From NCBI GenBank assembly GCA_964016885.1, contig OZ024743.1, positions 223,262,001 to 223,326,000 of the forward strand: DNA of 64,000 nt, written 5' to 3'. The translations under genes and the position numbers were made by a program. This document shows, piece by piece, positions 51,108 through 64,000 of the stretch. Below the pieces are notes generated by a model. That model was not told the DNA's origin. It did no database searches and saw only the letters and a list, made by a program, of their open reading frames with translations. Position 1 is the stretch's first letter. Each line of letters begins with the position of its first letter. The DNA is from Eledone cirrhosa. Its lineage: Eukaryota.

Positions 51108-54100
51108 TCATCATCATCATTTAACATCCATCTTCCACGCTTGCATGGGTTTGGACGGGAATTTTCCCGCTTGAGGCAAGATTGGTTGTCTTGCTCGTAT
51201 AGACTGTCTGGCGGGTTTTCTACGGCTGGATGCCCTTCCTAACACCAACCACGTTTACAGTGTGGACTGGGAGGTTTTTACCGTGTTACCTACATGGCCA
51301 CATTACAGCGTGGACTGTGTGTTTTTGTCGTGACACCTACATGCCCTCATTTGTTTCGGACTGGATGCTCTGGTACCAACATAACTTTACATTGGAAGGG
51401 GTGGTGTGGATGGGGTGGGGGTAGTGGGGCTGGGGTGTATTTTTGTTAGAGGTGCCTACTGACTGTAGGTTTCGCTTTGTACTTAGGCAAGGCAGGTCTT
51501 CTGTATTACTGTGTATCACCAAAGATCTCAGTCCAGTGACATTGTCTTGGAGAGGTGTAAGTGTGTGAGGTCGGAATTTAGCAAGTCGTCCCAGGTTTTT
51601 CTGGGTCTGCCTGCTCCGTGGCTATCATCTATTTTTATCGCCTTGCACTTTTTTATACAGCTGTCGTCTTTCATGCACATCACGTGACTGTACCAACGTA
51701 GTCTTCTCTCGAGTAAACAGCATCTGATCCCTCTTATTCCTAATTTCTCCCTTAGTTCGTTTATGCTTTGCCGTTCACATATATTACTATTACACATCCA
51801 GCGGAGCATGCATGCTTCGTTCCTCTCCAGTCTGCGTATATCCTCTGCACACAATGCCCAGGTCTCACTGCCATGCAACATTGCTGTTCGTATGCAGGCA
51901 TCATACAGCCTGCCTTTCATTTTTAGTGAGAACCCTTTAGCGGCTAATAGTGGTATAAGCTCTCTGAACTTTTTCCATCCCGTTCTGACTCTAGCTACTG
52001 TACTTTCACTGCTGATTTTGTCACCCAGGTAACTGAAGGTGTCCACTATTTCTATAGAACCATCTGTGCAATGGAATGAGCTAGTATTCTGTGGGCAATT
52101 GCTGCTACTTATTGCACCAGAGCACTGGCCACATATAAAATCTATGTACTTAGTTAGCTTACCTGTGATCCCACTACATCTTTTATGTACTCATACTTTG
52201 GATTTGGGACATAAAATGGAGGTCCTACCTACTCCTTTCCTACACACTGAGCATGGCCATTTCTCAGATGGGACTGGTGCCCTACTTTCCATCCTACAAA
52301 CTAGAACTTTAGTCTTAGACAGGTTAATTTTAAGGCCTTTTGATTCTAGGCCATGCTTCCATATTTGGAATTTCTTCTCTAGCTCGGTCATTGATTCAGC
52401 TATGAGCATTAGATCATCTGCGTATAGGAGTTCCCATGGCAGCCGGTCTTGAACTCCTCTGTTATAGCCTGAAGGGCAATAATAAATAGGAGGGCGCTAA
52501 GGACGGAGCCCGGATGAACACCAACTTTTATGCTAAACTCTTCACTATATTTGTTGTTAATTCTAACCTTGCTGACTGTTTCTTTATACATGGCTTGTAT
52601 AGCTCTCACAAGCCATTCATCAACACCTAGTTTTCTAAGAGCCCACCAGATAATGGAACGGGGGACTCTGTCAAAGGCTTTCTCCAAGTCAACAAAAGCT
52701 AAGTATAGGGGTTTACTTTTAGCTAGGTACTTCTCCTGTAGTTACCGTACAATGAAAAGAGCGTCTGTGGTACTTTTACCTGACACAAACCCGAACTGCA
52801 TTTCATCTAGATCAATTCGCTCTCTGATTAGTTGCGCTATTACTTTTTCAGTGACCTTCATGACCTGGTCGATTAATTTAATGCCTCTATAGTTACCCCT
52901 ATCTAGGGCATCTCCTTTACCCTTGTAGCAGTTAATGATGATGCTGCTACGCCAGTCCTTTGGAACGACCCCATTCTGAATGACTTGGTTTACTATCCAG
53001 GTAACCATAGTGTGTCCCACCGTTCCAGATGCTTTCAGCATTTCAGCAACTATCTCCGAAGGCCCAGCTGCCTTGCCCGTCTTCATGTCTTTGATCGCCT
53101 TACTTATTATACTACCTTCAACTTGCACTGCTGGTCCCTCTATTGGATCGATGTGGGGTAGACTGTCTTTCTCCCATTTATTCTCCTCATTTAGTAGCCT
53201 TTCGTAGTGACACTTCCAAGCTACCTTCTTATCAGCGTCAGTGATGGCAAGTACACCATCATCATTAAGGACACACTTCTCCCCGACAATATCACTGTTT
53301 TCCTTGACACATTGCCTAGCAATCCTGAACACCTCACGTTTTTGGTCCTCGCGTTGTAGAACATGCTTGAACTTTCTTTCCTCTGCTTCCCTTCTGGTGA
53401 AGTACACTTGTCTCCTAGCTTCCCTCCTGGCCACTTGATAGTCTTCTCTACTTCCCCCATCCTGCCATACTTTCCAAGCCTGCTTTTTGGCCTTAATTGA
53501 CTCCTCTACCTTACTATTCCACCACCACGTTACTCTCCTCCTGCCTATAGGCCTGCTCCAGCCACAGTCATCATCTGCCGCCTTCAGCAGGTTAGCTTTC
53601 AGGAATTCCCACTGTTCTTCTATATTGTACGACTAATTGCTCTTCCTTACTGTCAAAAGCATCAAGTAATATGCTTTTAAATTTATTACTGGGTGTGGGG
53701 GTCCTTTAGCTTCCATATTTTTCTGAGAATAGTCCTCTGTTGTCGAGTACGTCTTGTCCTGACTACGAGGTCGCTGACTATGAGTCTATGTTGGGAGGTG
53801 CATTCTTCATGGGGGAGGGATTTAGTGTTTACGATAGACACTATCACGTCTTCTGGTAAGGATATAATCTATCTGTCTGGCGTGTTCCCCTGATCTATAG
53901 GTGATCAAGTGATTGTCTCGTTTTTTGAAGTTAGTGTTACAGACAGTTAGGTTATTTGCGTCACAGAATTCCAGGATTCTGGCGCCTTCCTCATTTCTAG
54001 TACCAAACCCATAGCCTCCATGGATTCCGTCATAGCCATCACATTGTTGTCCAACGTGACCATTTAGGTCGCCAGCAATAATTATGTAGTCACTGTCGGT

Positions 54101-54298
54101 TATTTGGGAGGTCGTGAGCATCAATGTCTCATAGAATCTGTCTTTTATAACGCCAGGCAGTCCGGATTGGGGTGCGTACGCAGATATTACTGTCACAGTA
54201 GTTCTATTTAGGACAAGTCTTATTTTAATTATTCTGTCGTTCACTCTATTTACGTCTATTATCTATCTACCCATTTTTCTGCTAACATGAATCCTACC
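51105..54298 (-). mobile_element. RTE-clade LINE, truncated within APE; subfamily A
   Basis: Reverse complement of ~4960-8280; ORF pieces 53822-54244, 52742-53434, 52409-52687, 51528-52046; (CAT)n tail in (TA)n. Confidence 0.93.
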
Positions 54299-54299
54299 T

Positions 54300-57177
54300 T
54301 AGTTTAAATGTGTATGTTAAGGATTATAAATTATTTAAATAAATATATAGTATTTTACATTAGAGAAATCTAGTATAGTATATTTTATTAAAAGTTGTAA
54401 GTCAAAATTTAAACATCCAAATAATTCTAAATTTATGAAAAATTTACGAGAGTTTACAAAGGAATAACCACTTAATTATATTATAAAAACAGTAAGGAAG
54501 TGTAAAGGAAGTTAGAAGTGATTTTTTTTTTTATGACTCCAAGGATTAAATGTTATAAAGTTAAAAAGTAAAAAAATGTTTATCTTAAGAATATAATTAA
54601 AACATGAACCATATGTTATTTTATACGAAGTTATAAATTTACTTGCTATAAAGTTAAAAAATAAAAAAAAATTTATCTTAAGAATATATTTAAAGCATAA
54701 ACCATAGGTTATTCCACATATATATAAAAAACCTATATATAAAAATCATGTTTTTCCACATATATATAAACATATTAAAAACGTTTGAAGATATAAAAAT
54801 ATTGGTTTTTCTATCTTTCAAAGGAATTTTCAAAAGATTTTTCAAGAAAAATTTTTCTCAAAGGAGTTTCAAGCAGTCATATAAAATTTTTTTATAATCT
54901 ATCGATAGGTGTAATAATATAAAGTATATAGTATATATATATGTGAGGTAGAGATAATAGAAAGTAAATTAAATATATATGAATCATATATAGATATAGA
55001 AAACATTATGTAAATGAGATAAATCATATATTACATTTTATATATATATTTAAAAGTTGAGTTTAAACGATGTTTACAGGAACTAAATAAATTATTTCGC
55101 AAATTAATAGAGTTCTTACTTTTTAGTATAAAGAATATTTCTTCAACGCAAAGTGAGCAATTTTTGGATAAAGCAGTGTATGAAGGATCTTTGGAAATAA
55201 TTTTCCAAAGTAAAGAATAGTTAATATTCTTGGATTTTAAGTCCCATAATAAGTTAGATAGAAAAGTTGAAGATTTTTTACCAATATTCGTAAAAGAACA
55301 TTTATGGTTATTAAAACGAGAATTGAAGTCAGTGGAAGTAGAGCCGATATAGTTAAAGGAGTTTTCATTTGTTTTGACATTACAATTGTATACTATAATT
55401 TTAACTAAACAATTATTAGTTAGAGGACAGTTAGATTTATTTCTACAATTATATTTATCTGAATTTATATTATTGGGAGCCGTAACATTATATTAGATAT
55501 TGCTAGGGGTATTAATGCTATTCTGGTTAGGTTTTAAGTTTCTATTATTAATTCTATTAATATTCTGCACTAAATTCATAGTGGTGGAATATGAGAGTTT
55601 AATAGCATGTCTATTAAAGATTGAGTAATACCTGTGTGTCTTAGGAAAGCACTTATCTAGAGCTTTAAAGAATAATTTAGCTATAGGAGTTTTAATACTT
55701 AATAAGAAAGGGGGAGCGAACCATAATATATTTCTAGTTCTATTTTTTCTTTTGATTTTCGAGTTAGTGCAACGTTTCCTATTATAATTATATTTATAGT
55801 TATGGTTAATTGGCACATCCTTATTGTCAATGTATTTAATTTCATTACTATAGCCTGCTCTACCTAACGCTTTGTTATAATATTGTGCCTTATCTTCAAA
55901 TATATTTTTATTTGCTGAAAAATTTTTTAAGAAAAATTTTTCTTGAAAAACTTACGGAAGGTTTTATGAAAAATCTTTTGAAAATTCCTTTGAAAGATAT
56001 AGAAAAACCATTATTTTCATACCTTCCAATATTTTTAAATTTTTATATCTTCAAACGTTTTTAATATATATATCCAAATGTTTATATATATGTGGAAAAA
56101 CATATGATTTTTATATATAGGTTTTTTATATATATGTGGAATAACCTATGGTTTATGCTTTAAATATATTCTTAAGATAAATTTTTTTTTATTTTTTAAC
56201 TTTATAGCAAGTAAATTTATGACTTCGTATAAAATAACATATGGTTCATGTTTTAATTATATTCTTAAGATATGAACTTTTTAACTTTATAACATTTAAT
56301 CCTTGGAGTCATAAAAAATCACTTCTAACTTCCTTTACATTTCCTTACTGTTTTTATAATATAATTAAGTGGTTATTCCTTTGTAAACTCTCGTGAATTT
56401 TTCATAAATTTAGAATTATTTGGATGTTTAAATTTTGACTTACAACTCTTAAGAAAATAAACTATACTAGATTTTCTCTAATGTAAAATACTATATATTT
56501 ATTTAAATAATTTATAATCCTTAACATACACATTTAAACTAATTATTAAATTATTAAATTATTAAATTAAATCTTTAATATTAAGGCAAATTTTAATCTT
56601 TAATTTTCATTTCTAATTTTTAATTTTAATCTAATTTTTCAAGCTATCATTATAAGTATTATAGTCAAAATGTAATGAACCCTGCATTATAAATATTATT
56701 CTTCCACGTTAATCTTATTTCTTCTTTCACTTAGATATACTTACGCTGTGTATATTTATCCTTTGAAACTTATTTCTTCATGCACTCTATCTTCACTATC
56801 AATATATATAATCGTTCTTTCTTTCCTCTGCTATCTTTCTTCTTTCTTTTTTCTTTTTTCTTTTTTTCTCTCTCCCTTACATATCATCTTCTTCCAACAG
56901 TTTAATTTAAATAAACTGTTATCTTTTCAACCTTTCGGACACTCATTTGCATACTCACTCATAACTTAGTACATTTATTGAGGGTAATACAATCTCCACT
57001 ATCCAGGAAGCTCCAACCGTTAAGATTGTCTTTTTTCCGGGTATGTCAATATTTATTTATAAAACAAATCTGTATTTTATCTGATGAAAGCGCACCATAA
57101 TTTGCCTTGGTTGCCCTTGAAATATGTATAATAAAATAAATATGGTTTTATAAATATAATTTCCATTTATTAATATA
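54300..57177. mobile_element. Penelope-like element 2 (AT-rich), inverted arrangement
   Basis: Minus-strand ORF remnant ~55030-55918 (ILWFAPPF, YSTT, CRKKSNCPL, YIGS); 54300 to ~54860 is the reverse complement of ~55928-56541; plus-strand arm ends in a hammerhead and (TA)n. Confidence 0.85.
57073..57138 (+). ncRNA. Minimal type I hammerhead ribozyme motif at PLE 3' end
   Basis: TATTTTAT-CTGATGA-AAGCGCACCA...TGGTTGCCCTT-GAA-ATATGTAT-A|ATAAAATA. Perfect 8-bp stem I; predicted cut after 57130, about 40 nt before the (TA)n array. Confidence 0.83.
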
Positions 57178-57619
57178 TTGTATATATATATGTATATGTG
57201 TATACGTTATATATATATGTATATGTGTATACGTTATATATGTATATGTGTATACGTTATATATGTATATGTGTATACGTTATATATATATGTATATGTA
57301 TATATATATGTATGTATATGTATATGTATATATATATGTATGTATATGTATATATATATGTATGTATATGTATATATATATGTATGTATATGTATATATA
57401 TATGTATGTATATGTATATATGTATGTATATATGTATATATGTATGTATATATGTATATATATATGTATATATATATATGTATGTATATATATATATGTA
57501 CATATATATGTATGTGTATGTATATATATATATGTATATATGTATGTGTATGTATATATATATATGTATATATATATGTATGTGTATGTATATATATGTA
57601 TATATATATGTATGTGTAT

Positions 57620-57659
<40 letters not shown>

Positions 57660-57782
57660 GTGTATATATATATATATGTATGTGTATATATATATATATA
57701 TATGTATGTATATATATATATATATATGTATGTATATATATATATATATATATGTATGTATATATATATATATATATGTATG

Positions 57783-57815
<33 letters not shown>

Positions 57816-57836
57816 ATATATATATATATATGTATG

Positions 57837-57869
<33 letters not shown>

Positions 57870-57928
57870 ATATATATATATATGTATGTATATATATATA
57901 TATGTATGTATATATATATATATGTATG

Positions 57929-57963
<35 letters not shown>

Positions 57964-57971
57964 GTATGTAT

Positions 57972-58003
<32 letters not shown>

Positions 58004-58150
58004 GTATGTATATATATATATATGTATGTATATATATGTATATGTATGTATATATATATATATATGTATGTATATGTATGTATATATGTATATATATGTA
58101 TGTATGTGTATGTATATATATATATGTGTATGTATATATATATATGTATG

Positions 58151-58183
<33 letters not shown>

Positions 58184-58200
58184 ATATATATATATGTATG

Positions 58201-58233
<33 letters not shown>

Positions 58234-58566
58234 ATATATATATATATATGTATGTATATATATATATATATATGTATGTATATATATATATATGTATGTA
58301 TGTGTATGTATATATATATATATATATGTATGTATGTGTATGTATATATATATATATATATATGTGTATGTATATATATATATATGTATATATATATATG
58401 TATGTATATATATATATATATATGTATGTGTATGTATATATATATATGTATGTATATATATATATATATGTATGTGTATGTATATATATATATATGTATG
58501 TGTATGTATATATATGTATGTATGTATATATATATATATATATATGTATGTGTATGTATATATATA

Positions 58567-58606
<40 letters not shown>
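57172..58606. repeat. ~1.4 kb compound (TA)n/(TATG)n microsatellite
   Basis: Visible directly; produces the YI-rich artefact ORFs. Confidence 0.97.
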
Positions 58607-58608
<2 letters not shown>

Positions 58609-60597
58609 CAATCAAGGATATGAAGACGGGTAAGGCGGCTGGGCCTTCGGAAATAGTTGCTGAGATGCTGAAGGCATCTGGCACGGTGGGACACACCATG
58701 GTCACCCGCATAGTTAACCAAGTCGTACAGAATGGGGTTGTTCCGAAGGACTGGCATAGCAGCATCATCGTTAACTGTTATAAGGGTAAAGGAGACGCCC
58801 TAGATAGGAGTAACTATAGAGGCATTAAATTAATCGACCAGGTCATGAAGGTCACGGAAAAAGTAATAGCGCAACTAATCAGAGAGAGAATTGACCTAGA
58901 TGAAATGCAGTTCGGGTTTGTGTCAGGCAAAAGTACCACAGACGCTCTTTTCATAGTACGACAACTACAGGAGAAGTTCCTAGCTAAAGGTAAACCCCTC
59001 TACTTAGCTTTTGTCGACTTGGAGAAAGCCTTCGACAGAGTCCCCCGCTCCATTATCTGGTGGGCTCTTAGAAAACTAGGCGTTGACGAATGGCTTGTGA
59101 GGGCTATACAAGCCATGTATAAAGAAACAGTCAGCAAGGTTAGAATTAACAACGAATATAGTGAAGAGTTTAGCGTAAAAGTTGGCGTCCATCAGGGCTC
59201 TGTTCTCAGCCCCCTACTATTTATTATTGCCCTTCAGGCTATAACAGAGGAGTTCAAGACAGGCTGCCCATAGGAACTCCTATACGCAGACGACCTGACA
59301 CTCATAGCGGAATCAATGGCCGAGCTAGAGAAGAAATTCCAAACATGGAAGCACGGCCTAGAGTCAAAAGGACTTAAAATTAACCTGGCCAAGACAAAAG
59401 TTCTAGTTTGTAGGAAAGAAAACAAGGCGGCGATCCCTTCTGGGAAATGGTCGTGCTCGGTGTGTAGGAAAGGCGTAGGTAGAAACTCCATTTTATGTCC
59501 TAAATGCAAAGTATGGGTGCATAAAAGATGTAGTGGGATCACAGGTAAGCTAACTAAGAACATAGATTTTACATGTGGCCGGTGTTCTGGTGCAATAAGT
59601 AGCAGCAAGTGCCCACAAAATACTAGCTCTTTCAATTGCGCAGAGGGTTCTATAGAAATAGTGGACAGCTTCCGTTACCTGGGCGATAAAATCAGCAGTG
59701 GGGGAGGGTGCTCTGAAAGTACTGTAGCTAGAGTCAGAACTGGTTGGAAAAAGTTCAGAGAGCTTATACCACTATTAGCTGCTAAAGGGTTCTCCCTAAA
59801 AATGAAAGGCAGGTTGTACGATGCCTGCATACGAACAACAATGTTGCATGGCAGTGAGACCTGGGCATTGTGTGCAGAGGATATACGCAGACTAGAGAGG
59901 AACGAAGCTTGCATGCTCCGCTGGATGTGTAACAGTAATATACGTGAACGGCAAAGCATAAACGAACTAAGGAAAAAATTAGAGATAAGAGGGATCAGAT
60001 GTTGTTTACTCGAGAGAAGGCTACGTTGGTATGGACACGTGATGCGCATGAAAGTCGATAGCTGTATAACAAAGTGCAGGGCAATAAAGATAGACGGTAG
60101 CCACGGAATAGGCAGACCTAGAAAAACCTGGGACGAGCTGATAAACTCCGACCTCACACACTTACACCTCTCCAAGACAATGTCACTGGACCGAGACCTT
60201 TGGCGGTACTCAGTAACAGAGAAGACCCGCCTTGCCAGTAGGCATCTCTAACAAAATACACCCCGTCCCGCCACCACCCCCACCCATCCACACCACCCCG
60301 TCCTATGTAAAGTTATGTTGGTGCCGCGCCATCCAGGCCGAAACAAATGAGATCGTGTAGGTGTCACGACAAAAAAACACACAGTCCACGCTGTAATGTG
60401 GCCGTGTAGGCAACACGGTAAAAACCTCCCAGACCCACACTGTAAATGTGGTTGGTGTTAGGAAGGGCATCCAACTGTAGAAAACCTGCCAGACAGTCCT
60501 ATGCGAGCAAGACAATCACTCTTGCCTCAAGTGGGACTACCCCCGTCCAAACCCATGCAAGCGTGGAACACGGACGTTAAACGTTGATGATGATGAT
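58607..60597 (+). mobile_element. RTE-clade LINE, 5'-truncated; subfamily A
   Basis: RT ORF 58620-60251 with a single TAG at 59271-59273 where other copies have TGG; (GAT)n tail. Confidence 0.94.
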
Positions 60598-60609
60598 ATA
60601 TATATATGT

Positions 60610-60953
60610 ATCATCATCATCATCATTTCATTTTACGTCCACTTTTCCCAGCTTGCAAGGGTGGGACGGGAACTGATTCTGGCTTGATTTCTACAGCCGG
60701 ATGTCCTTCCTAACACCAACCTCATTTACAGTGAGTGCTGGGTGCTTTTTTGCCGTGGCACCTCCACGACCACTTTGGAGTGGAATGATATGGACCCCAG
60801 TCCCTATCATCTCATTTCTACAGCTGAGTAAACTGTAGCAATGTGAAATAAAGTGTCATGCTCAAGGAAACAACACATCACCCGGTCTGAGAATTGAACT
60901 CACAACCTTTAGATTGCAAGGCCAATGCTCTAACCACTAAGCCATGTGCCTCC
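60610..60953 (-). mobile_element. SINE family 2, full length
   Basis: Near-identical to 17869-18223; tail-to-tail with the preceding RTE across a short TA run. Confidence 0.87.
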
Positions 60954-61617
<664 letters not shown>

Positions 61618-63780
61618 AAAGACAGACCCATGTTTATGGTATAAAAGAGGTTGTAGACTAATGTTCTCTTAGGTGGTGCATAGAGACGTTCTCTGGCAAT
61701 GAACGAAAAAATGAAGATAATAAGTCATATGTGGAGCGTAGAGAACAATAGCACGCAAAAACAAAACCACGTAAATGGTATAGCAGAAGTCGTAGACTAA
61801 AATTCTAACTAGGAGACCAAATGAATCTCCGCTACAGAGTTAAGAACAAAGTAAATAATTACAATACAGAAGTAATAGAAATAAATAAATACGTACACGC
61901 AAACAAATACGTACATACACAAGCATACGCAAAACCTTACCATAGGTATACAAAACCACGCACATATAAATATGTGTGTGTGTGTGTATGCTTGTGTACA
62001 AATAAATAAATAATTATATAAACGTATATAACAAGCGCACACACATACCTACATATAAATACACGAATGTTCGGAGACCTAAGTCAACTAAAACAAGAAG
62101 TACACATATACACACACCCACCATACGTACGAACCTGCATACTCACGCAGACGCAAAACTCCCGTATACACATAGCCAAACCCTAAATACCAGAATATAT
62201 AAAAATTATACGCCATAACAATCAAATATACGTACGAGAAGGTATACATACCTTCACAAAACATACGGGTAATATATACTTACCTATGCAAATAAGTAAA
62301 GGAATAAACAAAACATATACTTAGCTCCCACATCAAGACATAAAATATCCACGTATAGATCGTACTATCCGTTAGGGTATAACGTTGGGCTGTAATACAG
62401 GAAAGTTTTGTGCAATTTATGTTTACAAGCCGAAATTGCCTCAGATTTTTTGTTTAAGATGTGGTCTGTGGCGTAGAGTATTTCCAGGACCTCAGTGGCG
62501 CAGAGGTCACATGGTCTTTTATTTCCGTTATACGATCTAGCCCTAGCTAGGATCTCCCAGTATAACTTATATTGGGTGTGGTTGTCTTTTAGACTCCAGA
62601 TATAAGCTGAAAGTGACGTCATATTCCTTCTTAGAGGGTAACAAAAAGAATGGGTATGCATGTAAAGACGCTGCTTGAAACTATTGGCGGTTAACCCTAT
62701 GTAGGCCCTACGGGACGTGGGTGTTACAACCTTACATTTGTAGACAATGTTACTAGAGAGGCATTTCCCGGATAGGGGGCAATCAGCCCGATTCCTACAA
62801 TTACAGTTAGTACTAACTACAGGGTTGCACGTGTTCCTACGGCTAGGTAGTTTAGCTAAATTTGAAGCTGTCATGTTATGTGCAAGGTTAGGAGTCGTAG
62901 AGTAGGAAATTTTAATAGTATTTCTATTAAAAATTTTACTATATTTATGTGTAGGGGGAAAATGCTTCGTAATAAGGGAAAGGAAGATCTTAGCTAATGG
63001 TGTGGCCACCTCCATATTATATGGTGGGTTAAACCAACAAATGCGACGGGATCTATTTCTTCTAGGTCTATTTTCGTACTCTGTATATGCTACCTTATCG
63101 ACAAATCCACTTCGAGCGAGAGCTTCATTGTAATAAGTGGAATGGTCGTTGAAAATGCGCTCGTTGGTGGAAAGACGGGAAAGCCTCAACGAAACGTTTC
63201 TTACCAGGTTCTTGGTTATGCTGGCAGGATGGTTGGAATGCTTACTTATGTAATTAAGCGTATCATTCGGCTTTCTATACGGGTAATACAACCCATTCAA
63301 TAAATTGAGGGTAACGTCGAGGTAATTAACGACCGAGAGATTGGCCTCAACCTGTATAGAGAGGTTGAAGCCTTTAAAGAAGGCTGTGAGTTCTTTTCTG
63401 AACCTGTCGCAAGCACAAGGTCCGCACTTAGTCATGGTCAAAAGACCATCGTCACGGTACAAACCACCGCCCGCGTTGGGGAATTCGTCCTTGATAGAGA
63501 AAAGAAGGAAAAGGCCAATAAGATCAGTAACCTCCGCAGAGTCACTGGCGCCCATACTCACGTCGAATGGAGTACTATTGGATTTTTTAATCCAAATAGA
63601 GTCGTCGAAATTAATCACCGACTTTTGGGCATTAAGGATGACATCAACTTCGAAATCCTTAACCACTGTGAGTGTTTTAGCGAAATTGATAGCTCTAAGG
63701 AGAAGTGGTAAAGTGATGGAGGAGTAGTAAATGTTGATGTCGAATTGGATAAAATGGCAATGTTCCTTGTTACGTATGTC
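61618..63780 (-). mobile_element. Penelope-like element 3 (Naiad-like), 5'-truncated
   Basis: Open RT-GIY-YIG frame followed by a ~750-nt 3' region that ends in (TA)n. Confidence 0.92.
62365..63666 (-). CDS. PLE reverse transcriptase + GIY-YIG endonuclease, uninterrupted C-terminal 433 aa (true N-terminus missing)
   Basis: FDVSMGASDSAEVTDLIG, LYRDDG, YLDVTL, SNHP, WFNPP, CNCRNRADCPLSGKC, IVY...YIG...FKQR...H, CDLC, LNKKSE...CKH. Confidence 0.88.
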   Translation of the reverse strand: MVKDFEVDVILNAQKSVINFDDSIWIKKSNSTPFDVSMGASDSAEVTDLIGLFLLFSIKDEFPNAGGGLYRDDGLLTMTKCGPCACDRFRKELTAFFKGFNLSIQVEANLSVVNYLDVTLNLLNGLYYPYRKPNDTLNYISKHSNHPASITKNLVRNVSLRLSRLSTNERIFNDHSTYYNEALARSGFVDKVAYTEYENRPRRNRSRRICWFNPPYNMEVATPLAKIFLSLITKHFPPTHKYSKIFNRNTIKISYSTTPNLAHNMTASNLAKLPSRRNTCNPVVSTNCNCRNRADCPLSGKCLSSNIVYKCKVVTPTSRRAYIGLTANSFKQRLYMHTHSFCYPLRRNMTSLSAYIWSLKDNHTQYKLYWEILARARSYNGNKRPCDLCATEVLEILYATDHILNKKSEAISACKHKLHKTFLYYSPTLYPNG

Positions 63781-64000
63781 ACTGGACCGAGACCACTGGA
63801 CCGAGACCTTTGGCGGTACTCAGTAACAGAGAAGACCTGCCTTACCTAAATACATAGTAAAACCTACTACAGCCAGTAGGCATCTCTAACAAAATACACC
63901 CCGTCCCACCACCCCCACCCCATCCACACCACCCCCTTCTATGTAAAGTTATGTTGGTGCCACACCATCCAGGCCGAAACAAATGAGATCGTGTAGGTGT
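63776..64000 (+). mobile_element. RTE subfamily A 3' end fragment (continues right of window)
   Basis: Matches 60180-60365; begins with a short tandem duplication of CACTGGACCGAGAC. Confidence 0.85.

Noticed and set aside
57178-58768. Long YI/YV/CI-rich ORFs in all frames (also 60894-61672, 3999-4323, 31734-31919)
   Set aside because: Translation artefacts of (TA)n/(TATG)n arrays, which contain no stop codons.

Overview
AT-rich, transposon-saturated animal genomic DNA. The SINE, RTE and microsatellite content looks cephalopod (Octopus-like); that assignment is my inference, not a search result. One host gene is clear: four coding exons of an FBXO16-like F-box gene on the minus strand (24182 to 12907; its 3' exons were not found and probably lie left of the window). 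A possible divergent plus-strand transcript starts about 400 bp away. The rest is repeats: about nine RTE-clade LINE copies, one near-complete CR1-group LINE, three Penelope-like elements (PLEs; RT plus GIY-YIG, Naiad-like Cys motif), a CRE-like remnant, two SINE families, three non-autonomous Helitron-like elements, piggyBac-, Tc1/mariner- and hAT-type MITEs, and very long (TA)n arrays. The main signal not shown by the ORF track is RNA structure: six well-formed type I hammerhead ribozyme motifs of five sequence types, plus several degenerate ones, nearly all in PLE-end modules next to (TA)n. Five have short palindromic stem III (dimer type) and one has a full 9-bp stem III. A second recurring pattern is head-to-head composite insertions (PLE+PLE and PLE+RTE) whose 3' ends point outward into (TA)n. 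All folds and alignments were done by eye.
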